Below, in pieces: positions 8,946 to 18,880 of a stretch of 64,000 bases of DNA (positions are counted from its first letter, which is position 1; the number at the start of each line of letters is the position of its first letter). Source of the stretch: Tepidiforma sp. (GTDB lineage Bacteria > Chloroflexota > Dehalococcoidia > Tepidiformales > Tepidiformaceae); NCBI GenBank assembly GCA_026003935.1, contig BPIE01000002.1, positions 127,906 to 191,905 on the forward strand, read 5' to 3'. The notes below the pieces were generated by a model. That model was not told the DNA's origin. It saw nothing but the letters and a program-made list of their open reading frames with translations, and searched no databases. Made by a program: the position numbers and the translations under genes.

Positions 8946-9593
8946 CTACTCCTCCGGCGGCGCCTGCCAAGGGGGTCCGGAGGGGCGCGCCGGGCATTGT
9001 GCACAGCGGCCGAACCGGCGCTCGGGCGGGTGCGGTTTGCACCCGAATAGCTCAAGCAGGCGGTAGAGAGTCCAAAGGGGGAGGCCCATGACCCCGCAAT
9101 AGCAGCCCTCGAGGCGGCCGACTGGGCGAACATCTTCGTGCTGGATGGCGTAGCCGCCCGCCTTGTCAAGCGTTCGCCCGGAGGCTGCGTAGGCTTCGAG
9201 GACGTCATCGGGGAGGTCAGACATGTAGACCGTCGAGATTTCGTGGTCGACAGCGGAGCCTTCGGGGGAGAAGAGGGCGACGGCAGTGACGACCTGGTGC
9301 GGCCGGCCGCGCAGTTCGCGGAGCATTGCGACGGCTTCTCCGTAGTCGGCCGGCTTGGCATAGAGCTTGAGGCCGCGGAAGACGACGGTATCGCAGCCCA
9401 CCACCACTGCAGAGGGATGCCGGCGAAAGACGGCCTCGGCCTTGGCGTAGGCGAGCTGGCGGGCGCAGTCGACGGCGTCTCCCGCGAGGTCCTCGGCGAT
9501 GTCGGGTGCATCGACGACAAAGTCGTCGAGCAATGCCGCGAGCAGCTCGCGGCGGCGAGGCGATGCCGAGGCGAGGACGACGGAACGGGTCAT
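8946..9593 (-). CDS. maf: Maf-family nucleoside triphosphate pyrophosphatase
   Basis: VLASASPRRRELL, GCDTVV, DKAGGYAIQ, VMGLP. Confidence 0.92.
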   Translation of the reverse strand: MTRSVVLASASPRRRELLAALLDDFVVDAPDIAEDLAGDAVDCARQLAYAKAEAVFRRHPSAVVVGCDTVVFRGLKLYAKPADYGEAVAMLRELRGRPHQVVTAVALFSPEGSAVDHEISTVYMSDLPDDVLEAYAASGRTLDKAGGYAIQHEDVRPVGRLEGCYCGVMGLPLWTLYRLLELFGCKPHPPERRFGRCAQCPARPSGPPWQAPPEE

Positions 9594-10798
9594 GCTGGGG
9601 GCCATTCGAGGCGGCTCACACATTCGATGTGGCCGGTCTGAGGGAACATGTCGAGAGGCGTGACATCGGTCAGCCGGTAGCCGGCATCGACGAGTACGCG
9701 AAGGTCCCGGGCGAGGGTCGCGGGATTGCAGGAGACATACACGACCACGCGCGGCCGGAATTCGGCAATGGCGCTGAGGACAGGAGGAGCGCACCCGGCG
9801 CGCGGAGGGTCGAGGACGATTGCGTCGGGATGGTCCTCGAACGTCGGCAGCAGCTCCTCGACCTTTCCGACCCGGATGCGGGCATTTTTGACTGACCGGA
9901 GGTTGACTTTCGCGTCGCGGGCGGCGCTGTTCGACTCTTCGATCGCGACGACGGAGTCGAAGCGGTCGGCAAAGATGCGTGCGAAGGTCCCGACGCCGGC
10001 GAAGGCGTCGATGAGGAGGCGCCCGCGGGGCGGGAGCGCCTCGCCCACGAGGCGGACCATCTCTTCAGCCTGGGCAGGGTTGACCTGGAAAAAGGCCGAG
10101 GCACTTACAACAAAGTCGCAGCCAGCGAGGCGCTCGAGGTAGCTGGACTGCCCGGTAGGGAGGTCGAGACCGGGTACTGCGGGGTTGATGAGGAAGGAGC
10201 CGGTTGCCCGGGAGTGCCGGACCTGGACCTGGTGGAGGCCCGCACCGTGCCCCTGGAGCTTCGGAAGGAGGTCGCTTATCCAGGGGTCGGCGATTGGGCA
10301 GTGCTCCACTTTGAGGAGGCCATGGCCCCGGCGGGAGATGAAGCCAACATCCCCGAATTTGCGACCGGTGGAAAAGCGGACCTGGTTGCGATACGCCCAT
10401 GGGTCAGCGGCGCCGACCATGGGGCGCACCACCGAGGAGTCAAGGCGCCCGATGCGCTCGAGCTGTTCGCGGACGACGGCCTCCTTGGCCCGGACTTGCG
10501 CGGGGTAGGCCATGTGCTGGAGCTGGCAGCCCCCGCATTCACTGAAGAGCGGGCACCTCGGGTCGACGCGGTCCGGGGACGGCTCGATAACGCGAGTCGT
10601 CACAGCCTCGAGGTAGTCCGGGTATTCACGTTCGACGGCGGCTTCGACGAGCTCGCCGGGCACCGCGAACGAGATAAACACCACGCGCCCGTCGGGAGCA
10701 TGGCCGAGGCCGGCGCCGCCGAAGACGAGGCCTTCGACGCGCAGCGTGAGCGTGACGGGTTCTGTGGGCGACTTCCAGCTGCGGCCGCGACGGGGCAT
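9590..10798 (-). CDS. rlmD: 23S rRNA m5U methyltransferase (RlmD/TrmA family, TRAM domain)
   Basis: CPLFSECGGCQLQH, AFFQVN, DAFAGVG, LDPPRAG, YVSCNPATLARD, DMFPQTGHIE. Confidence 0.9.
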   Translation of the reverse strand: MPRRGRSWKSPTEPVTLTLRVEGLVFGGAGLGHAPDGRVVFISFAVPGELVEAAVEREYPDYLEAVTTRVIEPSPDRVDPRCPLFSECGGCQLQHMAYPAQVRAKEAVVREQLERIGRLDSSVVRPMVGAADPWAYRNQVRFSTGRKFGDVGFISRRGHGLLKVEHCPIADPWISDLLPKLQGHGAGLHQVQVRHSRATGSFLINPAVPGLDLPTGQSSYLERLAGCDFVVSASAFFQVNPAQAEEMVRLVGEALPPRGRLLIDAFAGVGTFARIFADRFDSVVAIEESNSAARDAKVNLRSVKNARIRVGKVEELLPTFEDHPDAIVLDPPRAGCAPPVLSAIAEFRPRVVVYVSCNPATLARDLRVLVDAGYRLTDVTPLDMFPQTGHIECVSRLEWPPA

Positions 10799-10879
10799 GT
10801 CCTCAGGGTAGGGGGCATGCGGGACAGGCGCGAGAGGCTGGCGGCTTGGGCCTTGCCGGCGTATGCTACAGGGCAGCGT

Positions 10880-10956
10880 GGGCGGTTAGCTCAGATGGTT
10901 AGAGCGCTGCGTTGACATCGCAGAGGTCACTGGTTCGAATCCAGTATCGCCCACCA
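10880..10956 (+). tRNA. tRNA-Val(GAC)
   Basis: GGGCGGTTAGCTCAG..., anticodon arm CTGCG-TTGACAT-CGCAG, GGTTCGAATCC, encoded CCA. Confidence 0.97.
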
Positions 10957-10974
10957 TCCCACGCACGAGACGTC

Positions 10975-11011
10975 AGGCCAGCGCCCGGCAGGGTCGCTGG
11001 CCTTCTTCTTT
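10975..11011 (+). terminator. Intrinsic terminator after tRNA-Val
   Basis: AGGCCAGCG...CGCTGGCCT stem followed by TCTTCTTT. Confidence 0.75.
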
Positions 11012-11269
11012 CGGCGGGTGCGACAGCCAGCCGGTCTGGGACGTACATTGCGGCTGGCGCGACCAGGTCGTCAGTGGCGGCGGGCAGGAGACCGCTGCCG
11101 GCCCCGCAAGTGTTCGGGGACTGAGCGAGGGAACGCAGCGGCCGTGGTGGTGGGCATCCCGAGCGCCCCTGTGCTGATTGAACGTCACAAGACCGTTCGG
11201 TTCGCGCCTGGTTGTTCGGTTCGCGCGTGGTGGGAGGCCCGAAACCTTGCGGGGCGATAGACTTCGCGC

Positions 11270-12070
11270 ATGCACAGATTCGGGTCGAGACTTCTGCTGT
11301 TGTTCGCCGCGCTCGTTGCGACGGCCGGGCTGACGATAGGCCTCGGTCAGCAGGCGCGGGCAGACGGCGACGGTCCGGTAACCATGGTCATCGAGCCGCA
11401 GGTCGACGGAAGCCAGTTTGCGTGGGTCGTCTTCCATGCCCTCGACCGGGACGGATTCTGTCAGCCTCTGCCTGGTGCTGTCAGTCTCCATCCTGTGCTC
11501 GGCATGCCGGTCGATTTCATCATCGAGGCGGGCGAGGGCATCATCATCGAGACGAGCGCGGGCGGGACGGCCCCGGGACGCGAGGCGCTGGATGTGCCGA
11601 CATTTTCTACGGCGGCAAACGCAGCCTCGTCGAACCCTGTCCGGAGCTTTCCGCCGCTGCTCGACGGGGTGACAGACGAGTGCCAGGCGTGGGTCCGAAT
11701 CTCGCAGAGCATCCCCGGTCCGCTTCGGGTGCTCGTGCTGGCACCGGGGGACGACGGGAACACCGTAGGCTGGGTGGCGGAGGCCGGCCGCGAGTCGGCG
11801 ACGCCGGTGCCGCTGCAGTTCCGCTGGTCGCTGGTGACGTGGACCGGCCCGGCAACGTCTCCCGCTGAGGCGCTGGAGGGTGTCACCGGCACCGAGGTTA
11901 CCGCCGTCTACGGCTGGGACGCAGCGAGCCAGGCGTGGCTCGCGTACTTCCCGGCAGGTGCCGCGGTGCCAGGGGCGAACACGCTGTCGATGCTCGAACC
12001 CGGCCGCGCCTACTGGGTAGCCGTGTCCGGCCCCGGGGCAGGGGCATGGAGAATGCCAGCTCAGCCGTAG
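11270..12070 (+). CDS. Secreted hypothetical protein
   Basis: Signal peptide ending ARA-D. Aromatic-rich C-terminal module (WSLVTWTG...VYGWDAASQAWLAYFP...LEPGRAYWV). TAGACT 6 nt before the ATG. Confidence 0.7.
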   Translation: MHRFGSRLLLLFAALVATAGLTIGLGQQARADGDGPVTMVIEPQVDGSQFAWVVFHALDRDGFCQPLPGAVSLHPVLGMPVDFIIEAGEGIIIETSAGGTAPGREALDVPTFSTAANAASSNPVRSFPPLLDGVTDECQAWVRISQSIPGPLRVLVLAPGDDGNTVGWVAEAGRESATPVPLQFRWSLVTWTGPATSPAEALEGVTGTEVTAVYGWDAASQAWLAYFPAGAAVPGANTLSMLEPGRAYWVAVSGPGAGAWRMPAQP

Positions 12071-12138
12071 CGCGCAGTTTACGCGGCTCCGCTGCCCGTG
12101 TAGGCTGCGGCAGCTCACATCGGAGCGGGGAGGATGCC

Positions 12139-12537
12139 ATGCCAGGCTGGGGTGTCATTCCGGCGCTGCGATTTGCCGACCTCGATGCCGCCATAGACTT
12201 TTATGTCCGTGTACTTGGCTTCACCGTTCGCCGCGCTCCCGACGTACATGCGAACGCCTCGCTGACCTACGGAGATGCGACGGTCATGCTTGAGGCACCA
12301 GCGGACTTCTTTGGCGAGGGCTACAACCTGGCAATTCGTCAGCGGCTGGGAAAGGCTGGACCGAATGCACTCTACATCGAGGCGGAAGACCTGCAGGCGC
12401 TCTGGGACCGGGTCACCGCCGCCGGCGTGCAGGTTGTGGACCCCTTAGCGCCGCGGCCGTGGGGCCAGTGGGAATTTACTATCGAGGACCTGGCGGGCAA
12501 CTGGCTGACGTTTTGGCAGAAGCTGCCTGGGAACTAA
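12139..12537 (+). CDS. VOC/glyoxalase family protein
   Basis: DLDAAIDFYVRVLGF, RPWGQWEFTIEDLAGNWLTF. SD GGGGAGG. Confidence 0.85.
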   Translation: MPGWGVIPALRFADLDAAIDFYVRVLGFTVRRAPDVHANASLTYGDATVMLEAPADFFGEGYNLAIRQRLGKAGPNALYIEAEDLQALWDRVTAAGVQVVDPLAPRPWGQWEFTIEDLAGNWLTFWQKLPGN

Positions 12538-12920
12538 TCGAGCGCTTCCGGGAGCGAGAGCTGGCCGAAGGCAAACTCCGCTTCGCGGCGGGCGGCGTGC
12601 GCCGCAGCGCGTCTGAAAGCGATGACCCGGGGCCAATCGGCGAGCGCTTCATCGCCCGACTGGAGCAGCTGCCAGGCGTCGACGAGAACGTTGCGAAGGA
12701 TGAACTCGACGGCCTGCCCGGCGGAACGCAGGGAGGGGTCGAGAACGCCCCGCTCCGGGTCGAGCTCTCTCGCGAGCGTATCGAGGCGGAATTCGATCGC
12801 GAGCGCACAGTCGCGGATGGCTTCACGGGTAGCGCGCGGCGACCTCGCGGACTCGAGACGGTGCACAGCGCCGAGCAGGGAATCCACGAAGCGGGGTTCC
12901 GAGGTCTCGATGGCGGCCAT
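12534..12920 (-). CDS. Hypothetical helical protein
   Basis: SD GGAGGTG before ATG 12920; plausible coding composition. Confidence 0.6.
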   Translation of the reverse strand: MAAIETSEPRFVDSLLGAVHRLESARSPRATREAIRDCALAIEFRLDTLARELDPERGVLDPSLRSAGQAVEFILRNVLVDAWQLLQSGDEALADWPRVIAFRRAAAHAARREAEFAFGQLSLPEALD

Positions 12921-13046
12921 GGTCACCTCCCGCGCGGGCAATCGTGATGGCGCTCATGCTATTCCGCCCGGAGGCCGAGGAACCTGCCGGGCCACGCTGT
13001 GAGGGGAAAATGTAACAGAACTGGAACATTTCCCCCCAACGAAGCG

Positions 13047-13075
13047 CAAGCCCGGGGCCGCTAACCCCGGGCTTG
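13047..13075 (-). terminator. Hairpin downstream of sucD
   Basis: CAAGCCCGGGG / CCCCGGGCTTG 11-bp stem; weak U-tract. Confidence 0.55.
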
Positions 13076-13098
13076 GGTCGAGTTTGGTCGGTGCGGGG

Positions 13099-13986
13099 TT
13101 ATTTGAGCAGCCCGCGCTCGGTCAGGAGCCGCTTCATGGTCGCGCCGATGTCGGCGGGCGAGTCGGAGACGACGGCGCCGGCGGCGCGGAGGGCCGCCTT
13201 CTTGTTTTCCGCCTTGCCGTCTTCGCCGGAGATGATGGCGCCGGCGTGCCCCATGCGGCGACCGGGGGGTGCGGTCGCGCCGGCAATGAACGCGACAACG
13301 GGCTTCTTGACGTGCTCGCGGATGTAGGCGGCGGCCTCCTGCTCGGCGGAACCGCCGATTTCGCCGACGAGCACGATGGCATCGGTGTCCGGGTCTTCGT
13401 TGAGCATGCGAACGGCCTCGGCCTGGCGGGTTCCGATGATGGGGTCGCCGCCAACGCCGATGCAGGTGCTCTGGCCGATGCCCTCCGCAGTCAACTGCGC
13501 CACGACTTCGTAGACGAGGGTGCCCGAGCGGCTGACCACGCCCACTCGGCCCGGCATGAAGACGTCGCCGGGCATGATGCCAACGCGGGTCTTCGTGCCG
13601 GGCGTAATCACGCCGGGGCAGTTGGGGCCGATGAGGATGCTTCCGGTGGACTGGAGCGCAGCCTTGACGCGGACCATGTCCAGGACGGGGATGCCCTCCG
13701 TGATGCAGACGATGAGGGGGATTTTTGCTGCCGCGGCTTCAAGGATTGCATCGGCCGCGCCGGGGGCCGGTACGAAGATGATGCTGACGTTGGCGCCGGT
13801 TTCGCGGACCGCCTGGTCGACGGTGGTGAAGATGGGGACGCCGTCCTGCTGCTCGCCGCCGCGCTTGGGATGGATGGCCGCGACGACGTTCGTACCGTAC
13901 GCGATGGAGCGGCGCATGTGATTGGCGCCTTCGGTGCCGATGCCCTGCACGAGGAGGCGCGTGTCCTGGTCGACGAGTACTGCCAT
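13099..13986 (-). CDS. sucD: Succinyl-CoA synthetase alpha subunit
   Basis: [53 protein letters not shown]. Confidence 0.95.
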   Translation of the reverse strand: MAVLVDQDTRLLVQGIGTEGANHMRRSIAYGTNVVAAIHPKRGGEQQDGVPIFTTVDQAVRETGANVSIIFVPAPGAADAILEAAAAKIPLIVCITEGIPVLDMVRVKAALQSTGSILIGPNCPGVITPGTKTRVGIMPGDVFMPGRVGVVSRSGTLVYEVVAQLTAEGIGQSTCIGVGGDPIIGTRQAEAVRMLNEDPDTDAIVLVGEIGGSAEQEAAAYIREHVKKPVVAFIAGATAPPGRRMGHAGAIISGEDGKAENKKAALRAAGAVVSDSPADIGATMKRLLTERGLLK

Positions 13987-14092
13987 GTGGCGAATTCCCG
14001 GGTTCGCGATTTCCGATTTCCGACCGGGCGGACGCCGCTCCGGGCCGGGATGGGTTCGGATGCCCGGGTGGGAAGGATACCGGCTGCTGCGC

Positions 14093-15706
14093 CTAGGGGC
14101 GATGGTTGGCGGAAGTGCCGGGCGGGGGTGGGGAGGGTGGCCGGAGGGATTCCATGAGGCGGCGAAGTTTCTTCCATTCGGCGCCGCGCATCTCACGGTA
14201 CACGGCAGGGAAGCGCGCGCGGAGCTCCTCGGCGTGCCTGCGGTAGCGCTCGGCGAGCATGCCCATGGCCATCAGCGTCGGGGGCTCGAGACGGCGGCCG
14301 GCGGTGGCGGCCAGCTCTTCGAGGAGGTCGATTGCGACGCAGGCGTCCTGGTGCAGCCCGAGCAGGTCCTGCAGGGCCGTAACGCGCGCGCTGAACTCTA
14401 ACGCGGGTTTTCCGTAGACGCCGTTACCGACGAATTCGAGCGCGTAGCGGAGCTTCTTGGCCTCGATGCGGAGGAGGTGGTACTCCTCGGGCGGGGACGA
14501 TTTCCGGATGCGGTCGCCGAGTTTGCGCACTTTGCGGTAGCGGCGCTCGACGAGGTCGGGCGCGACCGAGAGGACGGGCACGCGAGCCGGGGCGAACGAG
14601 CGGGGCGGTCCCGACCTGAGCGCCGTTGCGAAGCGTGCGCAGAGTCGCTCGTAGCGGCGAGAGTCGAGCACCTGAAGCATTCGTTTGCGGGCGGCCAGTC
14701 GGCGCTTTTGGAGCAAGACCTCGATGCCGTCGAGCAAGTGGGCACGTTCCGGGGGGAATTCTGCGCGCCATTCAGCCATCCGTTCGAGCTGGACGTCGAG
14801 GTCGCGGACTTCGCCAAGGGCCCGGGCGACCTGGCCGAACTGATCGCGGAAGGCGAGCATGCGCGGCGTGAGGTAGGGGCGAAAAGCGGCCATGGCCGCG
14901 CGGAGTCGGCGCGTGGCGACGCGCATGTCGTGGAGCGCTTCGATGTCTTCGCCCAGCCGGGTGCCGGGCTCGTTGAGGAGAAACACCCGGAACTGACGGC
15001 GGAGCACGGCGTACGCAACCTGGCCGACGGACATGGACGGCTCGACGGCCTCCGGGCCGAACGACGGCGGCGGCGGGGGGCGCTGGCCAGTCGCCACGAG
15101 GGCAGCTTCGAACTTGGACGTGGCTGCCGGGCTGAGGCTGCAGGCGGCGACGAGTGCCTCGACGAATGGGCGCGCACGCTCCACGGCTGCGGCGTCGACT
15201 TCGACCTCGACGCGGGCAAGACGGACGGGCTCCCCGCCGGCTACCGGGATCGACGTGTCGTCGAGGGCAACTTCGCCGAGTCGGCCCTCGTTGTCGGCGA
15301 GCTGGAAACGCTGGCGGGAGGTAAGGAGGCGGAAGAGCGGGGCGAGGGGCTGGCGGCCGCAGAGAGCGCGGAGTGCTTCGCCGGCCTCGCCGGGTGCTTC
15401 CCGGGGGTCGACCTCGGGAGACGGGAGGGCGGCAGTGACTTCGCGGCGCGTACGAATCCCGTCGGCGGGCTCCGCCATCGACTTGAGCGTCAGCTCAGCC
15501 CCTTCTGGTGTGCGGCGGACGCGGCAGGCGTAGCCGGCGCGGTGGATACGCCAGTCGGGGGTGTCGAGGTAGCTGTCGTCGAGGGAGCGGGTGCCGTCGG
15601 GCTGGACGCTGAAGCCGGCGAGCGGGCTGGAGCTGAGCCATCGCAGGACCGGGCGGGTATCGAGCGCAGCAAACTGCCATTCGATCTCGAGGGAAGCGGA
15701 TGTCAC
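14093..15706 (-). CDS. CYTH + CHAD domain protein
   Basis: EIEWQF, YLDTPDW, EVEVE (CYTH); [42 protein letters not shown] (CHAD). Start GTG 15706 (or ATG 15715). Confidence 0.9.
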   Translation of the reverse strand: MTSASLEIEWQFAALDTRPVLRWLSSSPLAGFSVQPDGTRSLDDSYLDTPDWRIHRAGYACRVRRTPEGAELTLKSMAEPADGIRTRREVTAALPSPEVDPREAPGEAGEALRALCGRQPLAPLFRLLTSRQRFQLADNEGRLGEVALDDTSIPVAGGEPVRLARVEVEVDAAAVERARPFVEALVAACSLSPAATSKFEAALVATGQRPPPPPSFGPEAVEPSMSVGQVAYAVLRRQFRVFLLNEPGTRLGEDIEALHDMRVATRRLRAAMAAFRPYLTPRMLAFRDQFGQVARALGEVRDLDVQLERMAEWRAEFPPERAHLLDGIEVLLQKRRLAARKRMLQVLDSRRYERLCARFATALRSGPPRSFAPARVPVLSVAPDLVERRYRKVRKLGDRIRKSSPPEEYHLLRIEAKKLRYALEFVGNGVYGKPALEFSARVTALQDLLGLHQDACVAIDLLEELAATAGRRLEPPTLMAMGMLAERYRRHAEELRARFPAVYREMRGAEWKKLRRLMESLRPPSPPPPGTSANHRP

Positions 15707-15749
15707 GCCCGCCATGATACGGGCCGCCGGCCGCTCACGCGTCAACGGC

Positions 15750-16529
15750 TCACGCCCGGCGGATGGTGAGGCCGCCGTCAACGGGCAGGGCGACACCCGT
15801 TACGAAGGAAGCGGCCGGCATGGCAAGCGAGAGGGTGATGTGCGCAACCTCCTCGGGGAGGCCGTACCGCCGCAGGGCTGTCCGCTGGTGGGCATATTTC
15901 TGCTTGGCTTCTTCGGGGATTGCCTCGGTCATGCCGGTGCGGATGGGGCCGGGGCAGACGCAGTTGACGGTGATGCCCTCACGACCGAATTCGAGCGCGA
16001 GCGAACGCGTGAGCCCAACGACGCCATGCTTGGCCGCCGTGTAGGCGCTGTGGCCCGGGGTTGCTCCGAGACCTTCGGTGCTGGCGATGTTGATGATTCG
16101 GGGGCTCGATGAGCGCCGAAGGTGGGGCAGGGCGGCGCGGATGGTGTGGGTCATCGCAGTCAGGTCAACCGCGAGGGTCCGGGACCACACGTCCTCGTAA
16201 TTCTCGGATTCGAACGGGGCCGCGGCGGAGATGCCCGCGTTGTTGACGAGGACGTCGAGGCCGCCGAACTCGGCGACGACTTCTTCGACGAGCCGTTCGA
16301 CGGCTGCACGGTTCGCGACGTCGCAGGCCCATGCTCGGGCTGCGCCGCCAGCGGCGCGAATTTCGGCGGCGACGGCTTCTACCGGTTCGCGGTTGACGTC
16401 GACGGCAGCGACGCGAGCGCCTTCGTCGGCGAAGAGGATGGCGGTGGCACGGCCCATGCCGCTGCCTGCACCGGTCACAAGGACAACCTTGCCTTCGACG
16501 GAGCGGCTGAGCTGGCTGAGACGGGGCAT
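15750..16529 (-). CDS. Short-chain dehydrogenase/reductase
   Basis: TGAGSGMG, NNAG, YTAAK. Confidence 0.92.
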   Translation of the reverse strand: MPRLSQLSRSVEGKVVLVTGAGSGMGRATAILFADEGARVAAVDVNREPVEAVAAEIRAAGGAARAWACDVANRAAVERLVEEVVAEFGGLDVLVNNAGISAAAPFESENYEDVWSRTLAVDLTAMTHTIRAALPHLRRSSSPRIINIASTEGLGATPGHSAYTAAKHGVVGLTRSLALEFGREGITVNCVCPGPIRTGMTEAIPEEAKQKYAHQRTALRRYGLPEEVAHITLSLAMPAASFVTGVALPVDGGLTIRRA

Positions 16530-16663
16530 GGGGGAACTCCTCGGGGGCTGGCTTTGAGCGGAGGTCTACCGGGTGGGGGCGGGCTGTGCAAGCGGTTGCG
16601 CGGGGGAGCGGGCGCCAGCATGCTACCGGCACAGATCAAGCCCCTGCAGGAGATTGCGACCCC

Positions 16664-17851
16664 ATGGTGATGGCACTTGATGGCATCAAGGTTCTCGACC
16701 TCTCCCGGCTGGCGCCGGGTCCCCATTGTTCGATGCTGCTCGCGGATTTCGGCGCGGACGTGACGCTGGTCGAGGCCGTGCCGGGCGCATCGGCGAAGCT
16801 CGGAACGACGGGGTTGCGGCGGAGCGAAGCTGCGGAACGGGCGGCGGCGTTCAACGCGCTCGGCCGCGGGAAGAAGTCGATTGCGCTGAACCTGAAGGAG
16901 GAGGAGGCGCGGAGAATTTTTTACCGGATGGTGGAGGGCGCCGATGTGGTCATCGAAGGCTTCCGCCCCGGGGTGGTGAAGCGGCTCGGGGTCGATTACG
17001 ACACGCTCTCGAAGATCAACCCGCGGGTGATTTGCTGCTCAATCTCGGGGTTTGGGCAGACGGGTCCGTACGCGAATCTCGTTGGGCACGACATCAACTA
17101 CATCGCCATTGGCGGGGCGCTTGGGGTGACTGGGAGGCCGGGGCAGCCGCCGGCGATTCCGGTCAACCTGCTTGCTGACTTCGCCGGCGGCGGCTTGACC
17201 GCGGCGTTCGCGATTTGCCTCGCAATCATTGCCCGCGAGAAGACGGGCCGAGGCCAGAACATCGATGTCGGAATGAGCGATGGAGTGCTGTCGCTGATGA
17301 CGAGCGCGTTCAGCCACTACTTCTCGACGGGCCAGCCTATCCGCCCCGGTGAATATCTCCTCAACGGTGCAGCACCGTTCTACAACACGTACCGCTGCTC
17401 CGACGGCCGGTGGTTTTCGATTGGGAGCATCGAGCCGCACTTCTGGGAGAACCTGTGCCGGGTGCTCGGCACGGAGGACCTGCTCCCGCACCAATTCGAC
17501 CAGGCGAAGTGGCCGGAGATGATCGAGCGGTTTGCGGGCATCTTCACGACCCGGACGGCGGACGAGTGGATGGCGCTGATGTCGCAGTACGACATCTGTG
17601 CCGCGCCGGTCTTGGAGATGGAGAACGTGGTCACGAACGAGCACAACCTCGCGCGCGGCATGGTAGTTGAGCTCGATTCGCCGGTCGGGAAAGTGCAGCA
17701 GATTGGCGTGGCGCCGAAGCTGAGTGATACGCCCGGCATGCCGCGTTCGACGGCTCCGCTCATTGGACAGCACACCGACGAAATCCTTGGGGGCCTCGGC
17801 TACAGCGCGGAGCAGATCGCCGACCTCCGCAACCGGGGCATCGTCGGATAA
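16664..17851 (+). CDS. CaiB/BaiF CoA-transferase family III (alpha-methylacyl-CoA racemase-like)
   Basis: LDLSRLAPGP, LADFGADV, EGFRPGVVKRLG, GHDINY, ADFAGG. Confidence 0.92.
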   Translation: MVMALDGIKVLDLSRLAPGPHCSMLLADFGADVTLVEAVPGASAKLGTTGLRRSEAAERAAAFNALGRGKKSIALNLKEEEARRIFYRMVEGADVVIEGFRPGVVKRLGVDYDTLSKINPRVICCSISGFGQTGPYANLVGHDINYIAIGGALGVTGRPGQPPAIPVNLLADFAGGGLTAAFAICLAIIAREKTGRGQNIDVGMSDGVLSLMTSAFSHYFSTGQPIRPGEYLLNGAAPFYNTYRCSDGRWFSIGSIEPHFWENLCRVLGTEDLLPHQFDQAKWPEMIERFAGIFTTRTADEWMALMSQYDICAAPVLEMENVVTNEHNLARGMVVELDSPVGKVQQIGVAPKLSDTPGMPRSTAPLIGQHTDEILGGLGYSAEQIADLRNRGIVG

Positions 17852-17870
17852 CGCCCGCTTGCGGGCTCCG

Positions 17871-17910
17871 CGTGAACGGCCGCCCGGCGGGGCGGCCGTT
17901 CACGTTGGTT
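17871..17910. terminator. Hairpin between convergent genes
   Basis: Perfect 15-bp stem CGTGAACGGCCGCCC / GGGCGGCCGTTCACG, then TTGGTT on the + strand. Confidence 0.75.
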
Positions 17911-17930
17911 TCCCGGGGGTCGGCGGCGAC

Positions 17931-18809
17931 TTAGCAGATTCCGCAGCGGCAGCCTTCAGCGGACGAAGCGGGCTTGCGGGCGACCACCGCTGCAGAGGCG
18001 ATGCCCTTGCCGCCCGGGTACTCGGTGGCCTCCGATGTCACGTCGACGAAGCCTGCCGCGCGGATGTGCTCCAGGTAGTCGGACTCGAGGAGGGCGCCGG
18101 CGATGCACCCGGCCCACTGCTCCATATCGGACCGGACCTCGTCCGGCACGGGCTTCGTCCAGACGATGTCGGAGACCTGGAGTCGACCGCCCGGCTTGAG
18201 CACCCTAAACGCCTCGCGGAAGACTTGAGGCTTGTCGGGCGAGAGATTGATGACGCAGTTGGAGATGATGACGTCGACGGACTCGTCGGGCATAGGCAGG
18301 TGCTCGATTTCGCCGAGGCGGAACTCGACGTTTGCGGCGCCGACTTTCTCGGCATTCTTGCGGGCAAGGCGGACCATCTCGGGCGTCATGTCGACGCCGT
18401 AGACGCGGCCACTGGGGCCCACCATCTTCGCCGCCAGGAAGCAGTCGATGCCGCCGCCGGAGCCGAGGTCGAGGACGACCTGGCCGGGTTCGAGGGCTGC
18501 GATGGCGGTGGGATTTCCGCAGCCGAAGGCGACGTCGGTCACCGTCGCAGGCAGGTCGTTGATGTCGGACTGGCGATACAGCTCCGCGATGCGGCTGATG
18601 GCGACGTCATCACCGGCGGCGGGGACATCGCCGCAGCAGGTTTGGGGAGAGTTCTCCGCGGGCGCTGGCGAGCAGCAGGACGAGGAGTCTGAGGCCGGGA
18701 CGGTTTCGAGGAGTTCGACCGTTTCGGCGCGTTCGAGGACGGGGCGCACGCGGCCGGCATAGGCACGGGCAACGAGTTCTCGGATTTCATCGGGACCGGG
18801 TACGGACAT
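17931..18809 (-). CDS. arsM: Arsenite methyltransferase
   Basis: N-terminal CC pairs, [44 protein letters not shown]. Confidence 0.9.
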   Translation of the reverse strand: MSVPGPDEIRELVARAYAGRVRPVLERAETVELLETVPASDSSSCCSPAPAENSPQTCCGDVPAAGDDVAISRIAELYRQSDINDLPATVTDVAFGCGNPTAIAALEPGQVVLDLGSGGGIDCFLAAKMVGPSGRVYGVDMTPEMVRLARKNAEKVGAANVEFRLGEIEHLPMPDESVDVIISNCVINLSPDKPQVFREAFRVLKPGGRLQVSDIVWTKPVPDEVRSDMEQWAGCIAGALLESDYLEHIRAAGFVDVTSEATEYPGGKGIASAAVVARKPASSAEGCRCGIC

Positions 18810-18837
18810 TGGGCACCTCCGTGGGCAGGGTACCGCA

Positions 18838-18880
18838 ATCGTAATTTTGCGATGATGGCCTGTCAACGGAAATTTGCGAT
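18838..18880 (-). promoter_or_regulatory. arsM promoter with two ArsR-type operator boxes
   Basis: Minus strand TTGACA (18866-18861), 17 bp, TACGAT (18843-18838). Boxes ATCGCAAATTTCCGTT and ATCGCAAAATTACGAT overlap the -35 and -10 elements. Confidence 0.7.

Noticed and set aside
13003-13037. GGGGAAAATGT...ACATTTCCCC inverted repeat with GAAC motifs as a possible LexA box
   Set aside because: It does not match GAAC-N4-GTTC. It may be some operator, but the evidence is insufficient.
10956-13098. Possible genomic island at tRNA-Val
   Set aside because: No integrase, no repeat of the tRNA 3' end seen, and composition resembles the flanks.
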